A DNA stretch of 60,416 nt, the filler included, from Collodictyon triciliatum (lineage: Eukaryota): the NCBI GenBank assembly GCA_043381765.1. It is 4 parts of 4 records of this genome, joined end to end, with 100 filler letters (N's around TTAATTAATTAA, not from the genome) between each part and the next. Parts side by side here need not be neighbours in the genome. Positions count along the whole stretch, not along the records: positions 1 to 15,038 come from JBHJMP010001735.1; positions 15,139 to 30,166 come from JBHJMP010001736.1; positions 30,267 to 45,292 come from JBHJMP010001737.1; 1 more part is not named here. The stretch is one strand, 5' to 3'. The notes under the pieces are model-generated. The model worked only from the letters and a program-made list of their open reading frames with translations. It made no database searches and was not told where the DNA came from. Within the stretch, counting starts at the first letter, position 1. Every line of letters starts with the position of its first letter. The translations under genes were made by a program, and so were the position numbers. Below, in pieces: positions 13,650 through 30,718 of the stretch.

Positions 13650-14015
13650 GGCAGAGTGCTCTTGACAGGCCGGTGCTTTGATTGGACGTGACGGGGTCCG
13701 AGTTTATGGGCGAGTGCTGCTTTCTTTGCGCAACGTATGCTACTCTCCCCTGCTCTGTTTCTTCCCTGGGTGTTGGTTTCCCTTTCCACTTCCTCTCGAA
13801 AAAATCTTTTGGGCTTTGTGTGTACACTTGTTCAGCCAGAACACGACGAAAGCAAGGCTGTCTCGGGCGGCTGGAAGGCCTATGAGAAAAAGAAAAGACC
13901 GCTTTTTCGTCTGTTTTAATTTTCTAGTGTGCAAGTGTGCGGTTCTGAAGCTGAAGTGTTTTGCGGTCTGTTTGGGAGAAAAGACTTGCAGTGCATCAAG
14001 ACAGAAAGAGAGGAG

Positions 14016-14864
14016 TCAGTTTTGTGTGATCTTGCATGACGAAGGATTGATAGTTCTTTTTATTAAGGAATGTCCCTCATGGACTACAAGGAGGCAAAAG
14101 TTTCTGCATCTTCCGTCTTGGTTGGCTCTATATAATGATACAGCATCTGTGACAGAGGAAGTCTTAGTTTTGACGCCTGCGTTTATCTCGTTTGAATCGA
14201 AGGAACACATTTGTGTGATTCATCACGAAATGAAGGTTTCTACCCTGTCGTTGCTGCTTTGTTTCTCTTCCCACAAAAGTCGCACTGGAAGGCAGTCGAA
14301 CGGACGTTGTTTGCCCCTCCACAATTCCAGCAAAAGCGTATGGTTTGCCTCTAGAAGAATACATCAACCAGATAAAAAAAAACAGCGTGATTAACTGAAG
14401 CATTGGCCAAGTTGGTAGGGACATGTACATCCCACCATGTCGCTTCTTTTTCTTATCATGATTTTTCATAAATACATATTCATTCTACAGTCACTTAGCT
14501 ATACGGATAGGAACAAACGCACATTCTGTTTGGACTTAGCACCTACAAAAGACAGGAAATTGGAGTATCTCGGGTTTAGTATGCGCTTGTCTGTGAAAAT
14601 AGGAGAAAAGAAAAGGCTGTATTGAATATGTGTTCATCCTGTTTGGGGAGAGTCGAGCAGAAGAAAGAAAAGTGAAACCGCGTGCTGCCGTAGAGGAAAG
14701 AATACCATAATATAGACAAATAACTTCGTGATGATAGACAGTTGATCAAAGGCACCTTCGTCTGCGTCAAAGGCAAAATATTCCCCAGAGACAAGAGGCG
14801 TGCTTCTCTGCGTGACGCGAAAACTTTGCATCATGGTCTGGTTGCCTTTCACAAATATTGGCAT
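14016..14864 (-). CDS. Hypothetical protein, probably the 3' part of a gene cut by the contig end
   Basis: Four exons splice in phase with GT-AG (GEYFAFDADEGAFDQLSIITK|QAHTKPEILQFPVFCR|GKPYAFAGIVEG...|...SCKITQN*); no family recognised. Confidence 0.5.
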
Positions 14865-14874
14865 AATTTATTAA

Positions 14875-14960
14875 TTTTTGTTTTTGTTTGTTTTTTTGTT
14901 TTTTTGTTTTTTTGTTTTTTTGTTTTTTTGTTTTTTTGTTTTTTTTGTTTTTTGTTTTTT

Positions 14961-15038
<78 letters not shown>
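14875..15038. repeat. T-rich (TnG) tract and poly(T) at contig end
   Basis: Direct reading. Confidence 0.95.
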
Positions 15039-15138
15039 NNNNNNNNNNNNNNNNNNNNNNNNNNNNNNNNNNNNNNNNNNNNTTAATTAATTAANNNNNN
15101 NNNNNNNNNNNNNNNNNNNNNNNNNNNNNNNNNNNNNN
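15039..15138. other. Artificial contig spacer N44-TTAATTAATTAA-N44
   Basis: 100-nt linker with stops in all six frames, repeated identically three times in the window. Confidence 0.97.
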
Positions 15139-15238
<100 letters not shown>

Positions 15239-15710
15239 TTTCAATCATCGAAATAAAGAAAAGTGAGGTCTCCTAGCTGGTACACTGCCGATAAACATTT
15301 ACCAGGGAAAGCCCTATTCCGATTTTTTTGCAAATAAATTTCCTACAGTAACCCAAGAACTATTTACACAGCAGTATAATTTTATGCAGAAACAAGTTCT
15401 GAAGCAGTTTAATATTAATGTGAATTAGAAAAATAAAATGCACTAAGGCGGTCGTATGGGTAATAATTTTGATTTATGCTTCAGGGCAATTAAGCCAGGA
15501 GTCAAGAGCCGACGGGCGGAGCGCAAAGATAATACACCTAGCGAAAGAATCAAGTGGGCAATCTGTTGGATTTCTGGAGAAGAAAAAAAAGGTTTCTTTT
15601 TCTGAGGACGGAGGGCATGTTTGTCACCTTTTTTATCAGAGAGCATAAGTAGAGATGACGAATGTTGAACAATTACTGAAGGATTGAGAATGAAAAATAT
15701 TGGATTTGAT

Positions 15711-19590
<3,880 letters not shown>

Positions 19591-19932
19591 CCTTCGTTAG
19601 ATACAAAAGAAAGTGAGTGAGTGTGATAGTTTTCTCTTGTCTCTCTCTGGGTATACAAGAGAGATCGGCTGGGCATGAGTCTCTGCGCGAATAAAAAGAA
19701 AAGGACCAGAGAAAGAGAAAGAGAACTGCCAACAAGCGCACATAGGCAAACTGGTGCATCCGTGCTCGAAATGAAATGTGTTTTATCTGTCAAAAGTGTT
19801 AAAAAAAATGCTAAAAAATGATGAAAAAAATGCTAAAAAAAACTATTACATGAAAAAATATAAAAATGATATAATGAAGGATTTTTATCTCGCGGGTCAA
19901 TCAACAGGCAATCCTACCTATCGGCAGTAATC

Positions 19933-20030
19933 AAACAAAACAAAACAAAACAAAACAAAACAAAACAAAACAAAACAAAACAAAACAAAACAAAACAAAA
20001 CAAAACAAAACAAAACAAAACAAAACAAAC
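19933..20030. repeat. (AAAAC)n array in the divergent kinase/LRR intergenic region
   Basis: Direct reading. Confidence 0.95.
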
Positions 20031-20072
20031 TCAATATGCTTTCACGGCCCGCAGTAAAAACAACCACCGGAT

Positions 20073-21915
20073 ATGGGTCAAAGCAAAAGCCGGCCACCGC
20101 GGCATGACGAGCCACCGATCGGTCTTCAAGACTGGAGTCAACACTACTGCGAACCGGCAAACTCTTTTCCAGATTGCACATATCTCAGCATCCGAAACAC
20201 ACATCTCATTCCTGACTCGCTCTTTATGTTAAGCCGCCTGCACAAGCTCTTCATATTCAACACCAGTGTTAGTGCTCTTCCTGAATGCGTCTCCGCATTT
20301 ACTGGTATTCGTGTGATGTATCTGGCGAATAACTCCTTCCTCTCGTTGCCGGAGGGGATTTCAGAACTTACCAACCTGCTTGACTTCAGCACTCGTAAAA
20401 ACACTATCTCTCTTTTGCCGCCTGGCATATCGGGTCTCCAACAACTCACAAAAATCGACATGAGCGAAAACAGGATATCATCCATACCAGATGGGATTTC
20501 TCTTCTGACGAGGCTGGTGGAGCTGGACTTGCAAAAAAACAACATCACTGGAGTCCCACAAGGCATTTCCGCGATGAACAGAGTTGAAAGGTTGGTGCTG
20601 AATGATAACAAAATCGCGGAAGTGTCTGACGGTATCTTTTCGTTGACCAACCTCATGCTCCTGGAACTATCCAACAATGCAATCACAAGTTTACCAGAAT
20701 CCATTTCATCTCTTGTTTGTGTGACATTTCTTGGGATTATGGGAAATGATGTACGCCATTCATATTATAGATGAGAATATATGTATATATAAAAGGCCAT
20801 AATATATGAATCTTATATGTATTGTTTTCTTTGTAAAATTATTGGGTATTGATTTAAATGTTTTTTTTTTCTTAGATATGGCTTGAACCTTGAATTTATA
20901 TCAGCGCTAGAATCTTTTCTGTCGTCACATTTTATATAAAGTGTGATTGCATTTAATCACTTATACCATGTGGTTGGTCACAGATTGGCACCCTCCCCGA
21001 TACGATAACTTGTCTCACTGGTCTAAAGGAACTGTCTCTCCTGAATAGAGCCAATTCAAGTACAAGGAAAGTGCCTCGTGGCATTAGCACGCTGAGCTTT
21101 TGGAGGGTTCGTTACAGCCACATCACTTTTGAGTACTATAACCACCATCCTTTTTACCTCTTCGAAGATATATGCGATGTGAGCGACCGTCTTGCGGCAT
21201 GGGAGTCTTGCACCTTCCTGGATTTGTCGCATAACAAGGTTTGCGTATCTCATTTCGTCTGTGACTACGTGATTCATAGACAGGTTGAAAGAGGAAAAGT
21301 GTAGCCACTACAGGAAAACATTTCGATGCTGCAAACGAATACTTATATACCTCTTTTTTTTCTTTTTTTTCTTTTTTTCTTTTTTTCTTTTTTTCTTTTT
21401 TTCTTTTTTTCTTTTTTTCTTTTTTTCTTTTTTTCTTTTTTTCTTTTACAAAGATTTCATTTTTACCAGACGCCTTTACTTTGCTCGCCAGTTTATGCCA
21501 CTTGAATATGGAATCGAATGAAGTGAGCGTGATTTCTTTTCTTTTTTTTCCCCCTTTTATTTTCTTGTGTTTTACATATATCCTTTCATATTTGCAGGGT
21601 TTATTGTTAGATGTCTTCCTCCACACAACTTTTTCATTGATTGCCATGCAAGAAAAAAAAAGTACAGTAACATAATTAAAATATTTGTAGATAAAAAGAA
21701 TTCCTGACTGCATCTACCACATGACACAGCTCACATCACTGAACGTCGGCTGCAACCGGGTGACTCTATAACACACCGCCTCCCTACCTGCATCCCATTA
21801 GAGCCCCACTTGATTCGCGGCATTCTTTCTGCTCATCGTGTCTCTCTGTTCTTTTCCCCACTTCTCCACACGCACGCAAACCATCCGGGCAGATTCACAC
21901 CGCGGCGCAGGATTA
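20073..21915 (+). CDS. Leucine-rich repeat protein with N-myristoylation-type start (MGQSKS); 3' end uncertain
   Basis: Regular 23-aa LxxLxLxxNxIxxLPxxIxxL repeats in 20073-20750, further LRR exons at about 20983-21238 and 21691-21759. Confidence 0.85.
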
Positions 21916-22511
21916 ACAGCAAACACCCCGCGGGTCGCTCCACATCCTGTCCGGTCGCATATTCCTTCCCCAGAGAAGAGAGGCCGTCCGTCATACTTCC
22001 CACATATTGGATATTGCCTGCTTGTGTAAAGGTGTCTTTCCTATGAAACTGGTATGGAAAATAAAAATTAGTTTACACTTTCTTTTCTTTTATTTACCTT
22101 TCTTTCCCTTTTCTTGTTTGGTTTTTCACTTCGATGAATCCTACAACTCTACTCGATGATCTCTCGATAGGATGGCTTTGCTTGAGTCGTAGGTTATTTT
22201 GCTGCAGAGCATTTATTATCACATCGTGTATCCTTCAGCGGTGATGCTGAAGGCGGGGTAGTGACGAGAAATGAATGGGCCGCGATGAAAAAGAGAAGAG
22301 GAAGGATGATATGGAATTTGTTTACCGCAGGTTGAAGTCGTGCGAGAGTTTGTTGGGAACATTATAATCACATCCCCTGCACATGCGGCATGATGCAGAG
22401 GGCAAGGGCAAGATAAAACAACACGGGTAGAGAAAAGAAGAGGGGAGATCGTTCCTGCTCATCCACTCTATGGTTCTTGTCTTTTTCTTCCGTAAGAGAG
22501 AGATGGGGCAG

Positions 22512-25171
22512 TTATGAATCGGCAGACATGGGCGAGGCGGGATTTTCCTGGGCCGGAGCAGCAGCAGGAGTGGGCTTCTTGATCTTTGCGCCCATCTGAA
22601 GAGCGCCGCCCTTGCCTTTCTGCTGTGGCTTCTCATACTCGAAGGGCAGGAAGTCTCGGCCGCCCAGGAAGGGTCGCAGCACAGTTGGCACGCGGACTCC
22701 GTCTTCCGTCTGGTAGTTTTCGACGAGGCAGCAAAGTGTACGCTCGGTTGCGCACAGGGTAGCGTTCAGCATGTGCACGTAGCTCTTTGCAGCATCTCCT
22801 TGCTGAAGGTAATTATGATTCATACGAAAGGGAAGGTTAGCTTCCGTTTCTCTTTAAAACACTTGCTTGGTCACGGATAATTTTGGTTTGGGTATTGATA
22901 AAAACTAGTGCTGTTATAACTAAATATATTTCACAAGAATTGCAGTGAACGGGGCCTTACCTTGACAGAGCCGTAGCGGATCTCCAGGTTGCGGGATTGG
23001 TAGTCGGTGCAGTTGGAGCACGAGACAAGCTCGCGGTAGACGCCGAGGGTCGGGAACCACGCCTCCAAGTCGTACTTGCGGGCAGCTGCGTTGTTAAGTT
23101 CACCACTGACAATGTTGACGACGCGGTATTGGAAGCCGAGCTTTGATGACAGAGTTAGGATAGATCTTATAGCAAAGCGCAGAGAAAGGGGATAGTGCTG
23201 AGCTAGGAGACAGACTGCTAAGTAGGAGGAAGGATGATTTGTCGTAAAAAAGGTGTCAATACCGATTTGTAAAACTCTTCGGCAATCTGGATCATCTTCT
23301 CTTGCTCCTATGGACATGGCAATGTGTTCAGGACATGCCTATTTTCCATGAGCATTATGGTGTACAAAGATATGGGTAGGAAAGATGTGGCGAACGACAG
23401 ATGAGTATCTCACCTCCCAGCTGTTCTCGGGTGAGGTAATGCTGAACTGCTCGATCTTTTCAAACTGGTGGACACGGAAGATGCCCCATGCGTCTCTGCC
23501 GTGCGCTCCAGCCTCCTTGCGGAAGCATGTCGAGTAGCCTCCGTATCGGATCGGGAGAGACTTCGGCTCCATCCACTCGCCGCGATGATACGCCGAGATG
23601 GGCTGCTCAGAAGTGGCGATCAGATACTTGTCTTCGCCATCGCCAGAGACCTGCAGATTAGAAAAGTTAGAATTACGGAACCACCCATAGCGGTTGGAAT
23701 ACAAATATAGTAATGACAAGAGATGCTGCGGTGAATGGAGAGGGCCATTCATATAAATACTTCAAAGTCGCCTGCTGACAATCAAAAGGACAAGTCATAC
23801 CTTGTAGAGAGCCTCGTCGAACTCCTCGAGCTGGGCAGTCTCCGCCATGATCTCCTTCTTCATGAAGAATGGCGTATGGAGTGCAGTGTAGCCGCGTTCG
23901 ATCAGGAACTGCAGGCCATAGTTGATGAGAGCCTGATTGAGAAGAACTCCGTAACCCTTAAGGTAGTAGCCGCGGTGGCCAGCAACGTTGGAACCTTAGT
24001 TTAGGATCAGGAATAGACAAGGGGGTTAGCGAAATCAGTAAGGCTGGACGAGGCTACATAGAGTAAGTGTATTAAGTCGCCTTCTTCGAGAATAGACAAA
24101 CCGCGGTTGGTGTCAAAGGCGTCAATCATGGCCAGAAGCTCGTGGTGGTGGTAGAACTTGCCGTCGTTGACACGGCGTTGATCGGTCCCGTGTTCGCGGA
24201 CGACTGCATTCAGAGTCTAGTGTGAGAAGTCGAGAAGGGTATTGGGAGAGTAAGAGTGTTGTTATTGGGTTGTTATCTTTGCGTGGTAGAGGGAAAAGAA
24301 GAGGAAGGAGAGAAGCTCTTTGCTTTTCCTTTCGGTCAGTGTGTGAATACAACGGTCATAAAAGATTAATCTAAAAGCTGTGTTAATCCTTTTGCATCCC
24401 GAGAATATTCTTCATCATTTCGAAAGGAGAAGAGGCTCTCAGGAGCCCCAGAGAGGAGCACGTGAAACAATGAAAGTGAGGATACAGAAGGCGTGTTGAA
24501 AATCGTTGGCTTGGTCAGGAAATACTACCTCATCCTTGCTGAATGGAACGCTTTCATGAACTAGGTTTCCGATGCGATTCAGGACTTTGTCAACCTTGAC
24601 TTTGGCTTCCGCCACGTCTGTCTTTGTCTTTTCGATGTTCGCAGAGATAGCCTTGGCCTGAGCAACGAGGTCGTCGGCGTTCTCCTTAGCCTGGATTGCA
24701 ACGGAATCATGAGGAAGAGTATTTGCGAGTGACGAAAGAAAGTAAAGTAGGGTGACAAGCCTACAGAAGGTTGGTATACAAGAATAAAAAAAAGAAATAG
24801 TAATTCGCCTTCTTCTTTTCTGCCACTTGTTTCTGGACGGCGTTATATTCTTTGTTGAAGTTGTCCAGTGCGAAGGTGACTAGACTTCCAAATGTCTCAG
24901 TCAGAGAGGCGATCAGAAACATAACAAAGATTCCAAACTTCAAAAAAAAAAAAAGGGATATGTAGGTTAGACACTGTGAGTCCGCACAGAGTCAAAAGTA
25001 TTGAGGTCGAGTGTAGAAGGGACATGAAGAAAACTAACGCTTCCTCCACTCGTTGTCCAAAGCAACGACCTCGTCAACCCACTCCACTGGGGCAAAGCGG
25101 CGGCGTTGTGACTCTCGGAGGATTTCGAGGTTGCCTCCCTTTTCTTCGCGGAAGAGATTGATGTCCAACAT
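22512..25171 (-). CDS. SARS1: Cytosolic seryl-tRNA synthetase, multi-exon
   Basis: [13 protein letters not shown] start; [38 protein letters not shown] (motif 2), [46 protein letters not shown] (motif 3). Confidence 0.97.
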
Positions 25172-26079
25172 GTCTTCTTGCTAGTAAAACCTAACCGGCT
25201 TTGCTTTCGGTTCTGCTGCCTTGGAAGAAGCAGAGTGAGACAAGAAATAACCATCACTAGAGTATGGTGCTGCCGGACCATCTTCTTGACCTCCTTCGGC
25301 GCACAGGAATCGCTGCAACTTGGCTGAGTGACTTTGCTGTGTGAGAAATGGCTTTGGTGAAGTTTGCGGTTTTTGAGCTGATTCATCTTTTGGCGATGCT
25401 CGCCAATTTCCAAAGAATGGAACCTTCTATGGAGATTATTCTGTGAATATTCTAGGAATAGACTGCAGCGAGCGGCTCGGCGTTGGTTGGTGCGCGTACA
25501 AGAACGTTGCAACAATAGAGTGCGTCACACTTGTGGTCTACATACCTTTCTTGATAATATTATACATATTATTGTACTAATCATAATTTAGTGATTATGA
25601 ATCCAACATAATACATAATTTTTGAATCGATCAAGTATTATAATTAATTTCCACAAATAATTGTACGATACTACAGCCTTTTCTCCGTATTCCCACTCGG
25701 TTGGCAATCAAACGCGCCGTGTTCCCTTTCACTCATGCGGCAAACCTCCTTTCTCTTCCAATCGGCTTTTGCTAATCGGATGGGACAAAGCCGAGCCACT
25801 GAGTGATCGATCGATTGATCGATCTTGGTTTCCTGCGCCTCTCTGGCCGTTTTCGTTCACTTAAGGAACAAAGACGCTCTCTCTTTTTTTCTTTCGCTTT
25901 CTCTCTGTTTCCATTTATATTTTTAATCGCAGGATCTATTTATCATTATTGTGCAGTGTCCTCGGCCAAGCAGCAGGACAGATAGTCTGGCGTTATCCAT
26001 TTTTTTCTTCTTCTTTTGCATTCTTGGGTTTTCAAAATAGAAAAAAAATTAAAAAAATAAAAAAAGAAAGAAAATCAGT

Positions 26080-29000
26080 ATGACAGGAGCCATCAATAAC
26101 CCTGTTTTTCTCTCAAAGGCCGCGTCTTGGATGGACTACCAACATCCAGAAAACCAATACAGTTACCCCGACAGCAAAACACACACACCTGTGGCCTTCG
26201 ATGGCAATGTTCTCAATTCGTCCTTATCAGAAAGCCAATTGAGTTCGAGTAGACGTTTCTCAACACCAGTCTCGCCCATGCTGAATCAGAACAGCCTCAC
26301 GGATGAGTCAGACTGGGACAATATCCTGGATTCCCTCCGGACGCAACGCCACTCTACAAACACGATAGAGTCCAATGCCACATATCCAAAGCCACTCTTG
26401 CAATCTCCATTCTGCCTTGTGGAAAAGAACGAGTTTGAGTCGGCTGGTTGTGATTTCGATGCACAAGGCTCTGCCGAGTCCAATGAAGCTGTTTTGCCTG
26501 AGGCAAAAGAGAATGATGGAAGCGGAGACATAAATGCACCTGTGCCGTGGCCAGACTCCAAGTTGCAATTAACGCCAAAGCCTAAGCCTCTCACCCGACC
26601 AGAGCCACTATCGTGGAGAGAAACAAATCTGATGATGAAAGGAAACAAGGTACTTTGCGTTGTGATGAACGATTACACCCCAATAGCAGAGCCGGAGCCT
26701 GAGCAAGACGACGAGGATTTTGCAGAGCAAGACGATGGTGATACTTGTATGGATGGAAATAGCAAACCTGAACACGGGAAGGAGCGACGTAGAGAAGATG
26801 AAAAAATAGTGGTGATACCATCGGAAATCGATGGAAGTTTGGTTGGTTGCAACAAGGTCAGCTTTCATGAGGATTATGAGGAAGCACTTTCTATTCTTCA
26901 AAGGGAGCTCGAAAAAAAAGTCCTAGCAAAAGGAAAAGAAAGGAATAGCAGCACAGTAACCTCCCCAGATATAGACAGGTATATATGCAGTTCCAAACAA
27001 TGCGCCCCTTTATTCTCAAAAATCTCCAAATCTTTCGTTCATACGGAAGGGCTCATGACCTCGTAGTTCTTCTGCAGAACTCTGATATATACATCCCAGA
27101 GAATATGTTTTTATTTTATATTTTTCTTCTTTCTATATCCCACGAAAGGCATAGTGTTTTTACTTTTTTTTTTAACAATCGCAATTTGTCTGTAATACAG
27201 AAGAAATAGCCCCGCAGGAAGGGCAGATACAAGATATTCTCCAAAACAAAGCAGAAGTGATATTTTGCGCAGGAGCCTACACGGTCAGTAATGTTCTAAT
27301 TGTATGGGCTGTTTATTGAAAGTATGAGACAATTCACCCACGAAAGAAAGGGAAACACGAAGCTAGAGTTTCAGCCAACAATTAAATATCTATAGAAGAC
27401 AGCTACAATACAGAAAGCATATCAAGTTTGAAAAGCCTCCAAGACACTCCGCGATCATCCCAAGAGAACTTCCATCAATACCAAATCATAAGGTTCGTGT
27501 TTGTTGATTATATAAACATACTTTTGAGGATAATAAACCTGATATCCCAACTATTGATATTCAATATCACTGTGATATAGAATGAAGGGAGAATATTCGA
27601 AGGATGATGACAGCAATTCCAATCCAGAAGGTATTTCATTACTATGTCTTATTTTCTTTTCATACGATGCAGACAATAATATTTTTTTTTCCAGTTCCAG
27701 ACTGGATAGCTGAGATGAGACGCGCTTGGGATGACGAAATGGATCTTGTTAATGTCATATTTTTTTCTGAATTGATTTGAATGAAATAAAAAGCATTTGA
27801 ATACCTTCCTTCCATACATTATATCGTTTATAATTTTAACATCTTTTCATCATTCTTTAGCCTGATTCTCGTGGGTCAAGCGGACGTGATAGTCGCAGTA
27901 AATCTCGCAGAAATGTTTGATATTATCATCCTATCTTTTGCCCGATAAATATGTTATACTTGCATGCTATTTTTATTGATATTTTTCATTTCTTTGTGAC
28001 AGTCTTGGATATTTGCTCTTTTTTCAAAGGCACCGGAAAGCGAGGTACGTGAAATGATTGGAATCTCACAAATTCTTAAAATTGTTATCTCTTATGTAAT
28101 CCTTTTCCGTTCTCTCTTTTTCTTCATTGCCTACAGCGACACTAGAAATAAAACAATAACATTATTTGGTTATCTTATTCAAGGCTCTGTCAGTAATTCC
28201 AAGAGAAAAGATTGAAAGTATACACGCAAAGTTTATGTTCGTCCTATCAAAGAGGGATATTGTAAAGAAGGATTTGGCATCTCAAGAGGAGACCATTTTG
28301 AAACAAGTAAACGAATTCAAAATTTCTTCAAATGGTACACAGTGTCCATGATATATCTACCCATCTATATAAAAATCTATCAACTGAAATTCATAGGCTA
28401 CACCAGAATTAGCGACATACAAAAAATTCCAAAGAAGAGAGCTCATGATTGCGTACGTTCTCTTTTCCATTTATCTCTGTGCCCTTATTTTACTGATATT
28501 TTTAATTTATTACACACTAAATAAAATGCGTATCACTTTCCTCATCAAATAATCTCCACATTTCTACTAAAAGTTTGCGTTTTTGTGTAGATGCCGTAGA
28601 ATAGCACATTATAAAATAGCGAGAATTCGATTGCAACAGGAGATGGAAAACCGCTACATACTGCGCTTGAAAGAACACATTAGTGCGATGACTGAATTTT
28701 TCCTATCAGGCAGCATCGTATGTTCGCCTTAACCGCCCTTGTTTCTTTTTCCTTTTTCTTTCCGAGATTGAAATTGAAATAGTCCAAGGTTAGGGACACT
28801 ATGCGCGGGTAACAATACTCATTTATAGAATTACTACGGATCAAAAATACCCCACCCGTTACATCTCTCTCAAAATGACCCCTTCATTCGAAGAAATGCA
28901 ATCGCATTAAGGGTAATTTGGCTGCTTCATTACGTTTGTTTGTTTGTTTGTTTGTTTGTTTGTTTGTTTGTTTGTTTGTTTGTTTGTTTGTTTGTTTGTT

Positions 29001-29973
29001 TGTTTGTTTGTTTGTTTGTTTGTTTGTTTGTTTCTTGAAGACTATTTGTCAATATACCTATGATCCCAGTCGCATTTCTTGAATCACATATCTTTTAAAA
29101 TATGTTGATTAATCAAAATATGCGAAATATATAGAACGTGGATTTGCAAATTCGTGACCTTGATGAACTTTGGTCTACAGTTTCACGCCGCATTGCTCCA
29201 ATAAGCGAAGAAAGCTTCAAAAGAATTCTAAAGTTTTTTTTATTTGTCTTATTTTCAATTTTTCTTGCTATTAGGATTTTATTTATTCCGCTCTAAAATC
29301 TTCTGGAACTCCACAGAGATAGTTAAAACTACGTTTTCATACAGGGATATACTAGTCAATACAAAATTGTACTTGAATATGATCTACCACGAGCAAGATG
29401 ACGATTTACAAACCTCCTTTGAGCGCATCTTTCTCGACGACCGAACAGCAGAAGGTATGCAATATGTATATGCCTTTTAAGTGATAGAAATCAGGTCAAA
29501 ATAGTTCCTTTTCAAATTCTATACACTCGTGTATATGCGTGAAAAATAAACTTTTTAAATGATTTATCTGGGAATGGTATGAAAGTCTAAAAGTATCAAA
29601 AAATGCCAGGCAAGAAGTTGAACAAGTATATCCAGACATTAAATGCAAAAACGTCCAACGATGTTGCTCCGGAAGACGTTTCCAATTTTATTCAGGTTTT
29701 TTTTTTAAAATGATATTTAAATGTTGATGTATTTCTCTTGGAAAGTAATAGATGATACTGCTATGCAATTCGTACACAAATGAGGCAATCTTTCATTTAC
29801 GCAATTTTACTATAAGACGAGTGCTCTAAAATAATTTTTAACATCAGTATTACACTGAAGACATCGCCCAGAAATATGGGATTCAAGATAGAGAAGACGT
29901 TTCAAATTTGAACTTATACATGTCACGCATGATACATCCTCGGCTGCGGATTCTTTACAGACAATTTTCCCTG
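26080..29973 (+). CDS. Large hypothetical protein: disordered acidic N-terminus then helical region, truncated at contig end (possibly the approach to a VPS9-type domain)
   Basis: 328-aa first ORF followed by many short GT-AG-bounded exons, ending ...DIAQKYGIQDREDVSNLNLYMSRMIHPRLRILYRQFS; family assignment is speculative. Confidence 0.6.
28934..29033. repeat. Intronic (GTTT)n microsatellite
   Basis: Perfect array. Confidence 0.97.
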
Positions 29974-30166
29974 TATTTCAAAAGCATCCCCATATGATTT
30001 CCTCTTTAATAAAAACAAAAAACAAAAAAACAAAAAACAAAAAAAACAAAAAACAAAAAAACAAAAAACAAAAAACAAAAAAACAAAAAAACAAAAAAAC
30101 AAAAAACAAAAAAAACAAATAACAAATAACAAATAACAAATAACAAAAAACAAAAAACAAAAAACA

Positions 30167-30266
30167 NNNNNNNNNNNNNNNNNNNNNNNNNNNNNNNNNN
30201 NNNNNNNNNNTTAATTAATTAANNNNNNNNNNNNNNNNNNNNNNNNNNNNNNNNNNNNNNNNNNNN
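30167..30266. other. Artificial contig spacer N44-TTAATTAATTAA-N44
   Basis: Same 100-nt linker. Confidence 0.97.
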
Positions 30267-30280
30267 AAAAAAAAAAAAAA

Positions 30281-30339
<59 letters not shown>

Positions 30340-30630
30340 AAAAAAAAAACAAAAAAACAATAAAACCAATAAAACCAATAAAAACCATAAAAACCATAAA
30401 AACCATAAAAACCATAAAAACCATAAAAACCATAAAAACCATAAAAGCCATAAAAACCATAAAACCATAAAAACCAATAAAAACCAATAAAAACCAATAA
30501 AAACCAATAAAAACCAATAAAAACCAATAAAAACCAATAAAAAGAATAAAAAAACACACAAAACACACAAAACACACAAAACACACAAAACACACAAAAC
30601 ACACAAAACACACAAAACACAAAAATACAA
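30267..30630. repeat. Compound A-rich satellite: poly(A), then AAAAACCAT, AAAAACCAAT and AAAACACAC units
   Basis: Successive 9-10 nt unit arrays. Confidence 0.93.
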
Positions 30631-30718
30631 CCCATGAATAATAATTGGTTGAAAGAATCATATACAAAAAGCCGATCAGCTCGCCTACTAACTCTTTTTG
30701 TAGCGATATAGAAGCCAG

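Noticed and set aside
15083-15094. TTAATTAATTAA palindrome recurring every ~15 kb
   Set aside because: Assembly linker embedded in Ns, not a biological element
22231-22252. 8-bp perfect hairpin CCTTCAGC-N6-GCTGAAGG between the LRR and SerRS 3' ends
   Set aside because: Too short, with no SECIS or C/D box context
25172-25390. Possible upstream exon or 15-nt mini-intron adding an N-terminal targeting peptide to SerRS
   Set aside because: An in-frame TAG lies four codons before the conserved ATG and no well-supported intron here is that small; unsupported without cDNA.
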